Shown piece after piece: positions 54,101 to 64,000 of a stretch of DNA of 64,000 bases. The stretch covers positions 1,116,001 through 1,180,000 of the forward strand of contig OZ176050.1 in NCBI GenBank assembly GCA_964247055.1, read 5' to 3'. The position numbers were made by a program, and so were the translations under genes. Position 1 is the stretch's first letter; each line of letters opens with the position of its first letter. The notes beneath the pieces are model-generated. The model had not been told where the DNA came from and made no database searches. It saw only the letters and a list, made by a program, of their open reading frames with translations. The DNA comes from Paragordius varius (lineage: Eukaryota; Animalia; Nematomorpha).

Positions 54101-55500
54101 ATTGGTCACCGGTCAACAAAACTATTTTTTATACATTGTCTTAGTAAGACTACATCAAAATATAGAGATAGTTTGACAAACTCTTTCATATCCGATTTTT
54201 ACAACGATACTTTTAAAATTAATGTATAAAACTAGTCGCATCAATAATCAGGTTAAACTTTATCCTTAAAAATTGGATATTGGTCACCGGTGTACAAAAT
54301 AATTTTTTATACATTCTCTTAGTAAGACTACATCAAAATATAGAGAATGTTTGACAAATTCTTTCATATCCGATTTTTACAACGATACTTTAATGTATTA
54401 AACTAGTCGCATCAATACTCAAGTTAAACTTTGTTTTTAAAAATCGCGGATATTGGTCACCGGTGAACAAAATAATTTTTTATACATTCTCTTAGTAAGA
54501 CTACATCAAAATATAGAGATAGTTTGACAAAGTCTTTCATATTCGATTACAACGCTACTTTAAAAATTTATGTATTAAACTAGTCGCATCAATACTCAAG
54601 TTAAACTTTGTCCTTAAAAATCGGATATTGGTCACCGGTGAACAAAATTATTTTTTATACATTCTCTTAGCAAGACTACATCAAAATATAGAGATAGTTT
54701 GACAAACTCTTTCATATCCGATTTTTACAACGATACTTTAAAAATTAATGTATATAACTAGTCGCATCAATACTCAAATTAAACTTTGTTCTTAAAAATC
54801 GAATATTGGTCACCGGTGAACAAAATTATTTTTTTTACATTCTCTTAGCAAGACTACATCAAAATATAGAGATAGTTTGACAAACTCTTTCATATCCGAT
54901 TTTTACAACGATACTTTATAAATTAATGTATAAAACTAGTCGTATCAATAAGTCGCATCAATACTCAAGTTAAACTTTGTCCTTAAAAATCGGATATTGG
55001 TCACCGGTGAACAAAATTATTTTTTATACATTCTATTAGTAGGACTAAAATATAGAGATAGTTTGGCAAACTCTTTCATATCCGATTTTTACAACGATAC
55101 TTTATAAATTGTATAAAACTAGTCGCATCAATACTCAAGTTAAACTTTGTCCTTAAAAATCGAATATTGGTCACCGGTGAACAAAATTATTTTTTATACA
55201 TTTTCTTAGTAAGACTACATCAAAATATAGAAATAGTTTGACAAACTCTTTCATATCCGATTTTTACAACGATACTTTAAAAATTAATGTGTTAAACTAG
55301 TCGCATCAATAAGTCGCATCAATACTCAAGTTAAACTTTGTCCTTAAAAATCGGATATTGGTCACCGGTGAACAAAATTATTTTTTATACATTTTCTTAG
55401 TAAGACTACATCAAAATATAGAGATAGTTTGACAAACTCTTCCTATCCGATCTTTACAACGATACTTTAAAAATTAATGTGTTAAACTAGTTGCATCAAT
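51200..55500 (+). repeat. Diverged monomer island with private variants; contains a 714-bp 4-mer repeat (51302/52016) and an 882-bp 5-mer duplication (53099-54862)
   Basis: AATCAGGTT, GGTGTACAA, ATTATTGGCTT, GATAATTTCGC, AATCGCGGAT, GAGAATGTTTG and TTCGATTACAACGCT were seen only here. ATTATTGGC recurs at 51361/52075 (714). GAGAATG (53461/54343) and GGTCAAC (53231/54113) recur at 882. Confidence 0.83.
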
Positions 55501-56658
55501 ACTCAAGTTAAACTTTGTCCTTAAAAATCGGATATTGGTCACCGGTGAACAAATTTTTTTTTATACATTCTCTTAGTAAGACTACATCAAAATATAGTAG
55601 TTTGATAAACTCTTTCATATCCGATTTTTACAACGATACTATTAAAATTAATGTATTAAACTAGTCGCATCAATACTCAAGCTAAACATTGTCCTTAAAA
55701 ATCGGATATTGGTCACCGGTGAACAAAACTATTTTTTATACATTCTCTTAGTAAGACTACATCAAAATATAGAGATAGTTTGACAAACTCTTTCATATCC
55801 GATTTTTACAACGATACTTTAAAAATTAATGTATTAAACTAGTCGCATCAATACTCAAGCTAAACATTGTCCTTAAAAATCGGATATTGGTCACCGGTGA
55901 CCAAAACTATTTTTTATACATTCTCTTAGTAAGACTACATCAATATATAGAAATAGTTTGACAAACTCTTTCATATCCGATTTTTACAACGATACTTTAA
56001 AAATTATTAAAACTAGTCGTATCAATACTCAAGTTAAACTTTGCCCTTAAAAATCGAATATACCGGTGAACAAAATTATTTTATATACATTCTCTTAGTA
56101 AGACTACATCAAAATATAGAGATAGTTTGACAAACTCTTTCATATCCGATTTTTACAACGATATTTAAAAATTAATGTATATAACTAGTCGTATCAATAA
56201 ATCGCATCAATACTCAAGTTAAACTTTGTCCTTAAAAATCGGATATTGGTCACCGGTGAACAAAATTATTTTTTATACATTCTCTTAGTAGGACTACATC
56301 AAAATATAGAGATAGTATGGCAAACTTTTTCATAATCGATTTTTACAACGATACTTTAAAAATTAATGTATAAAACTAGTTGCATCAATACTCAAGTTAA
56401 ACTTTGTCCTTAAAAATCGGATATTGGTCACCGGTGAACAAAACTATTTTTTATACATTCTCTTAGTAAGACTACATCAAAATATAGAGATAGTTTGACA
56501 AACTCTTTCATATCCGATTTTTACAACGATACTTTAAAAATTAATGTATTAAACTAGTCGCATCAATACTCAAGTTAAACTTTGTCCTTAAAAATCGGAT
56601 ATTGGTCACCGGTGAACAAAATTATTTTTTATACATTCTCTTAGTAAGACTACATCAA

Positions 56659-58070
56659 AATATAGAGATAGTTTGACAAACTCTTTCATATCCGATTTTT
56701 ACAACGATACTTTAAAAATTATGGTATTAAACCAGTCGCATCAATACCCAAGTTAAACTTTGTCCTTAAAAATCGGATATTGGTCACCGGTGAACAATAT
56801 TATTTTTTATACATTCTCTTAGTAAGACTACATCAAAATATAGAGATAGTTTGACCTCTTTCATATCCGATTTTTACAACATACTTTAAAAATTAATGTA
56901 TAAAACTAGTCGCATCAATACTCAAGTTAAATTTGTCCTTAAAAATGGGATATTGGTCAGCGGTGAAGAAAATAATTTTTTATACATTCTCTTAGTAAGA
57001 CTACATCAAAATATAGAGATAGTTTGACAAACTCTTTCATATCCGATTTTTACAACGATACTTTAAAAATTAATGTATTAAACTAATCGCATCAATACTC
57101 AAGTTAAACTTTGTCCTTAAAAACGGATATTGGTCACCGGTGAACAAAATTATTTTTTATACATTCTCTTAGTAAGACTACATCAAAATATAGAGATAGT
57201 TTGACAAACTCTTTCATATCCGATTTTTACAACGATACTTTAAAAATTAATGTATTAAACTAGTCGCATCAATACTCAAGTTAAACTTTGTCCTTAAAAA
57301 TCGGATATTGGTCACCGGTGAACAAAATTATTTTTTATACATTCTCTTAGTAAGACTACATCAAAATATAGAGATAGTTTGACAAACTCTTTCATATCCG
57401 ATTTTTACAACGATACTTTAAAAATTATGGTATTAAACCAGTCGCATCAATACCCAAGTTAAACTTTGTCCTTAAAAATCGGATATTGGTCACCGGTGAA
57501 CAATATTATTTTTTATACATTCTCTTAGTAAGACTACATCAAAATATAGAGATAGTTTGACCTCTTTCATATCCGATTTTTACAACATACTTTAAAAATT
57601 AATGTATAAAACTAGTCGCATCAATACTCAAGTTAAATTTGTCCTTAAAAATGGGATATTGGTCAGCGGTGAAGAAAATAATTTTTTATACATTCTCTTA
57701 GTAAGACTACATCAAAATATAGAGATAGTTTGACAAACTCTTTCATATCCGATTTTTACAACGATACTTTAAAAATTAATGTATTAAACTAATCGCATCA
57801 ATACTCAAGTTAAACTTTGTCCTTAAAAACGGATATTGGTCACCGGTGAACAAAATTATTTTTTATACATTCTCTTAGTAAGACTACATCAAAATATAGA
57901 GATAGTTTGACAAACTCTTTCATATCCGATTTTTACAACGATACTTTAAAAATTAATGTATTAAACTAATCGCATCAATACTCAAGTTAAACTTTGTCCT
58001 TAAAAACGGATATTGGTCACCGGTGAACAAAATTATTTTATATACATTCTCTTAGTAAGACTACATCAAA
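56659..58070 (+). repeat. Tandem duplication of a 4-monomer unit (706 bp x2)
   Basis: TTGACCTC occurs at 56851 and 57557, with ATACCCAAG, CAGCGG and AAAACGG in both copies. Unit starts are 56659 and 57365. Confidence 0.85.
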
Positions 58071-60027
58071 ATATAGAGATAGTTTGACAAACTCTTTCAT
58101 ATCCGATTTTAACAACGATATTTAAAAATTAATGTATATAACTAGTCGTATCAATAAATCGCATCAATACTCAAGTTAAACTTTGTCCTTAAAAATCGGA
58201 TATTGGTCACCGGTGAACAAAATTATTTTTTATACATTTTCTTAGTAGGACTACATCAAAATATAGAGATAGTATGGCAAACTTTTTCATAATCGATTTT
58301 TACAACGATACTTTAAAAATTAATGTATAAAACTAGTTGCATCAATACTCAAGTTAAACTTTGTCCTTAAAAATCGGATATTGGTCACCGGTGAACAAAT
58401 TTTTTTTTATACATTCTCTTAGTAAGACTACATCAAAATATAGTAGTTTGATAAACTCTTTCATATCCGATTTTTACAACGATACTATTAAAATTAATGT
58501 ATTAAACTAGTCGCATCAATACTCAAGCTAAACATTGTCCTTAAAAATCGGATATTGGTCACCGGTGAACAAAACTATTTTTTATACATTCTCTTAGTAA
58601 GACTACATCAAAATATAGAGATAGTTTGACAAACTCTTTCATATCCGATTTTTACAACGATACTTTAAAAATTGATGTATTAAACTAGTCGCATCAATAC
58701 TCAAGCTAAACATTGTCCTTAAAAATCGGATATTGGTCACCGGTGACCAAAACTATTTTTTATACATTCTCTTAGTAAGACTACATCAATATATAGAAAT
58801 AGTTTGACAAACTCTTTCATATCCGATTTTTACAACGATACTTTAAAAATTATTAAAACTAGTCGTATCAATACTCAAGTTAAACTTTGCCCTTAAAAAT
58901 CGAATATACCGGTGAACAAAATTATTTTATATACATTCTCTTAGTAAGACTACATCAAAATATAGAGATAGTTTGACAAACTCTTTCATATCCGATTTTT
59001 ACAACGATATTTAAAAATTAATGTATATAACTAGTCGTATCAATAAATCGCATCAATACTCAAGTTAAACTTTGTCCTTAAAAATCGGATATCACGGGTG
59101 AACAAAATTATTTTTTATACATTCTCTTAGTAGGACTACATCAAAATATAGAGATAGTATGGCAAACTTTTTCATAATCGATTTTTACAACGATACTTTA
59201 AAAATTAATGTATAAAACTAGTTGCATCAATACTCAAGTTAAACTTTGTCCTTAAAAATCGGATATTGGTCACCGGTGAACAAAATTTTTTTTATACATT
59301 CTCTTAGTAAGACTACATCAAAATATAGTAGTTTGATAAACTCTTTCATATCCGATTTTTACAACGATACTATTAAAATTAATGTATTAAACTAGTCGCA
59401 TCAATACTCAAGCTAAACATTGTCCTTAAAAATCGGATATTGGTCACCGGTGAACAAAACTATTTTTTATACATTCTCTTAGTAAGACTACATCAAAATA
59501 TAGAGATAGTTTGACAAACTCTTTCATATCCGATTTTTACAACGATACTTTAAAAATTAATGTATTAAACTAGTCGCATCAATACTCAAGTTAAACTTTG
59601 TCCTTAAAAATCGGATATTGGTCACCGGTGAACAAAATTATTTTTTATACATTCTCTTAGTAAGACTACATCAAAATATAGAGATAGTTTGACAAACTCT
59701 TTCATATCCGATTTTTACAACATACTTTAAAAATTAATGTATAAAACTAGTCGCATCAATACTCAAGTTAAATTTGTCCTTAAAAATGGGATATTGGTCA
59801 GCGGTGAAGAAAATAATTTTTTATACATTCTCTTAGTAAGACTACATCAAAATATAGAGATAGTTTGACAAACTCTTTCATATCCGATTTTTACAACGAT
59901 ACTTTAAAAATTAATGTATTAAACTAATCGCATCAATACTCAAGTTAAACTTTGTCCTTAAAAACGGATATTGGTCACCGGTGAACAAAATTATTTTATA
60001 TACATTCTTTTAGTAAGACTACAACAA

Positions 60028-63000
60028 AATATAGAGAGAGTTCAAACTCTTTCATATCCGATTTTTACAACGATACTTTAAAAATTAATGTATAAAACTA
60101 GTCGCATCAATACTCAAGCTAAACATTGTCCTTAAAAATCGGATATTGGTCACCGGTGAACAAAATTATTTTTTATACATTCTCTTAGTAAGACTACATC
60201 AAAATATAGAGATAGTTTGACAAACTTTTTCATATCCGATTTTTACAACGATACTTTAAAAATTATGGTATTAAACCAGTCGCATCAATACTCAAGTTAA
60301 ACTTTGTCCTTAAAAATCGGATATTGGTCACCGGTGAACAAAATTATTTTATATACATTCTCTTAGTAAGACTACATCAAAATATAGAGATAGTTTGACA
60401 AACTCTTTCATATCCGATTTTTACAACGATACTTTAAAAATTAATGTATTAAACTAGTCGCATCAATACTCAAGTTAAACTTTATCCTTAAAAATCAGAT
60501 ATTGGTCACCGGTGAACAAAATAATTTTTTATACATTCTCTTAGTAAGACTACATATAAAAATATAGAGATAGTTTGACAAACTCTTTCATATCCGATTT
60601 TTACAACGATACTATAAAAATTAATGTATAAAACTAGGCGTATCAATAAATCGCATCAATACTCAAGTTAAACTTTGTCCTTAAAAATCGGATATTGGTC
60701 ACCGGTGAACAAAATTATTTTTTATACATTCTCTTAGTAAGACTACATCAAAATATAGAAATAGTTTGACAAACTCTTTCATATCCGATTTTTACAACGA
60801 TACTATTAAAATTAATGTATTAAACTATTCGCATCAATACTCAAGCTAAACATTGTCCTTAAAAATCGGATATTGGTCACCGGTGAACAAAACTATTTTT
60901 TATACATTCTCTTAGTAAGACTACATCAAAATATAGAGATAGTTTGACAAACTCTTTCATATCCGATTTTTACAACGATACTTTAAAAATTATGGTATTA
61001 AACCAGTCGCATCAATACTCAAGTTAAACTTTGTCCTTAAAAATCGGATATTGTTCACCGGTGAACAAAATTATTTTTTATACATTCTCTTAGTAAGACT
61101 ACATCAAAATATAGAGATAGTTTGACAAACTCTTTCATATCCGATTTTTACAACGATACTTTAAAAATTATGGTATTAAACTAGTCGCATCAATACTCAA
61201 GTTAAACTTTGTCCTTAAAAATCGGATATTGGTCACCGGTGAACAAAATTATTTTTTATACATTCTCTTAGTAAGACTACATCAAAATATAGAGATAGTT
61301 TGACAAACTCTTTCATATCCGATTTTTACAACGATACTTTAAAAATTATGGTATTAAACTAGTCGCATCAATACTCAAGTTAAACTTTGTCCTTAAAAAT
61401 CGGATATTGGTCACCGGTGAACAAAATTATTTTTTATACATTCTCTTAGCAAGACTACATCAAAATATAGAGATAGTTTGACAAACTCTTTCATATCCGA
61501 TTTTTACAACGATACTTTAAAAATTAATGTATAAAACTAGTCGTATCAATAAATCGCATCAATACTCAAGTTAAACTTTGTCCTTAAAAATCGGATATTG
61601 GTCACCGGTGAACAAAATTATTTTTTATACATTCTCTTAGTAAGACTACATCAAAATATAGAGATAGTTTAACAAACTTTTTCATATCCAATTTTTACAA
61701 CGATACTTTAAAAATTATGGTATTAAACCAGTCGCATCAATACTCAAGTTAAACTTTGTCCTTAAAAATCGGATATTGGTCACCGGTGAACAAAATTATT
61801 TTATATACATTCTTTTAGTAAGACTACAACAAAATATAGAGAGAGTTCAAACTCTTTCATATCCGATTTTTACAACGATACTTTAAAAATTAATGTATAA
61901 AACTAGTCGCATCAATACTCAAGCTAAACATTGTCCTTAAAAATCGGATATTGGTCACCGGTGAACAAAATTATTTTTTATATATTCTCTTAGTAAGACT
62001 ACATCAAAATATAGAGATAGTTTGACAAACTTTTTCATATCCGATTTTTACAACGATACTTTAAAAATTATGGTATTAAACCAGTCGCATCAATACTCAA
62101 GTTAAACTTTGTCCTTAAAAATCGGATATTGGTCACCGGTGAACAAAATTATTTTATATACATTCTCTTAGTAAGACTACATCAAAATATAGAGATAGTT
62201 TGACAAACTCTTTCATATCCGATTTTTACAACGATACTTTAAAAATTAATGTATTAAACTAGTCGCATCAATACTCAAGTTAAACTTTATCCTTAAAAAT
62301 CAGATATTGGTCACCGGTGAACAAAATAATTTTTTATACATTCTCTTAGTAAGACTACATATAAAAATATAGAGATAGTTTGACAAACTCTTTCATATCC
62401 GATTTTTACAACGATACTATAAAAATTAATGTATAAAACTAGGCGTATCAATAAATCGCATCAATACTCAAGTTAAACTTTGTCCTTAAAAATCGGATAT
62501 TGGTCACCGGTGAACAAAATTATTTTTTATACATTCTCTTAGTAGGACTACATCAAAATATAGAGATAGTTTGGCAAACTGTTTCATATCCGATTTTTAC
62601 AACGATACTTTAAAAATTAATGTATAAAACTAGTCGAATCAATACTCAAGTTAAACTTTGTCCTTAAAAATCGGATATTGGTCACCGGTGAACAAAATTA
62701 TTTTTTATACATTCTCTTAGTAAGACTACATCAAAATATAGAAATAGTTTGACAAACTCTTTCATATCCGATTTTTACAACGATACTATTAAAATTAATG
62801 TATTAAACTATTCGCATCAATACTCAAGCTAAACATTCTCCTCAAAAATCGGATATTGGTCACCGGTGAACAAAACTATTTTTTATACATTCTCTTAGTA
62901 AGACTACATCAAAATATAGAGATAGTTTGACAAACTCTTTCATATCCGATTTTTACAACGATACTTTAAAAATTATGGTATTAAACTAGTCGCATCAATA

Positions 63001-63300
63001 CTCAAGTTAAACTTTGTCCTTAAAAATCGGATATTGGTCACCGGTGAACAAAATTATTTTTTATACATTCTCTTAGTAAGACTACATCAAAATATAGAGA
63101 TAGTTTGACAAACTCTTTCATATCCGATTTTTACAACGATACTTTAAAAATTATGGTATTAAACTAGTCGCATCAATACTCAAGTTAAACTTTGTCCTTA
63201 AAAATCGGATATTGGTCACCGGTGAACAAAATTATTTTTTATACATTCTCTTAGCAAGACTACATCAAAATATAGAGATAGTTTGACAAACTCTTTCATA
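60028..63300 (+). repeat. Imperfect tandem duplication of a 10-monomer unit (offset 1805, then 1983)
   Basis: ATAGAGAGAG (60031/61836) and ACTAGGCG (60633/62438) recur at 1805 bp. CTATTCGC (60825/62808) recurs at 1983 = 1805+178, one extra monomer. Confidence 0.8.
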
Positions 63301-64000
63301 TCCGATTTTTACAACGATACTTTAAAAATTAATGTATTAAACTAGTCGCATCAATACTCAAGTTAAACTTTGTCCTTAAAAATCGGATATTGGTCACCGG
63401 TGAACAAAATTATTTTTTATACATTCTCTTAGCAAGACTACATCAAAATATAGAGATAGTTTGACAAACTCTTTCATATCCGATTTTTACAACGATACTT
63501 TAAAAATAAATGTATTAAACTAGTCGCATCAATACTCAAGGTAAACATTGTCCTTAATAATCGGATATTGGTCACCGGTGAACAAACTATTTTTTATACA
63601 TTCTCTTTAAGACTACATCAAAATATAGAGATAGTTTGACAAACTCTTTCACATCCGATTTTTACAACGATACTTTAAAAATTAATGTATAAAACTAGTC
63701 GTATCAATAAATCGCATCAATACTCAAGTTAAACTTTGTCCTTAAAAATCGGATATTGGTCACCGGTGAACAAAATTATTTTTTATACATTCTCTTAGTA
63801 GGACTACATCAAAATATAGAGATAGTTTGGCAAACTCTTTCATATCCGATTTTTACAACGATACTTTAAAAATCAATGTATAAAACTAGTCGCATCAATA
63901 CTCAAGTTAAACTTTGTCCTTAAAAATCGGATATTGGTCCCCGGTGAACAAAATTATTTTTTATACATTCTCTTAGTAGGACTACATCAAAATATAGAGA

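Larger units (their letters stand above)
1..64000 (+). repeat. Tandem satellite DNA array, 178-bp monomer, ~355-360 copies, single orientation, open at both ends
   Basis: The same unit recurs throughout: AATATAGAGATAGTTTGACAAACTCTTTCATATCCGATTTTTACAACGATACTTTAAAAATTAATGTATAAAACTAGTCGCATCAATACTCAAGTTAAACTTTGTCCTTAAAAATCGGATATTGGTCACCGGTGAACAAAA(C/T)TATTTTTTATACATTCTCTTAGTAAGACTACATCAA. Unit starts at 1, 179 and 357 give a period of 178. GC is 49-50 of 178 bases (~28%). No non-satellite or reverse-oriented sequence was seen. Confidence 0.99.

Noticed and set aside
3045-59100. Singleton micro-indels (e.g. CAAAGAGAT ~3051, CATTCATTCTC ~13053, GACTAAAATAT ~55032, GGATATCACGGG ~59087)
   Set aside because: These are isolated events that cannot be distinguished from sequencing or consensus error without reads.
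1-64000. CRISPR array interpretation
   Set aside because: There are no unique spacers (the entire unit repeats), the period is far too long, and no cas genes are present.
1-64000. Strand inversions suggested by reverse-complement motif matches
   Set aside because: These matches come from the intramonomer inverted repeats. Asymmetric motifs such as GAGATAGTTTGAC and CATTCTCTTAG keep the same orientation throughout.

Overview
The whole 64,000 bp is one uninterrupted, head-to-tail, single-orientation array of an AT-rich satellite (~28% GC) with a 178-bp canonical monomer, roughly 355-360 copies. The array runs off both ends of the window. I found no credible genes, RNA genes, transposon insertions, unique sequence or CRISPR spacers. 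The six 65-aa ORFs are a by-product of a recurrent 135-bp deletion monomer. Monomer length, AT richness, dyad content and higher-order repeats (HORs) are typical of eukaryotic centromeric or pericentromeric satellites, but I cannot identify the family or species, and centromere function is only an inference. Two layers of structure stand out. (1) The monomer carries a perfect 14-bp inverted repeat and several palindromes, two of which sit on the symmetry axes that repeat predicts, suggesting a degenerate fold-back of two ~89-bp halves. (2) Diagnostic variants, tracked by eye, reveal a mosaic of nested HORs (3-, 4-, 5-, 8-, 10-, 16/20- and 20-mers), a variant-family switch at ~28.2 kb, a diverged island at ~51-55.5 kb, and long-range recurrences at ~7.6 kb and ~17-19 kb. 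HOR boundaries are approximate to within about one monomer unless stated otherwise.
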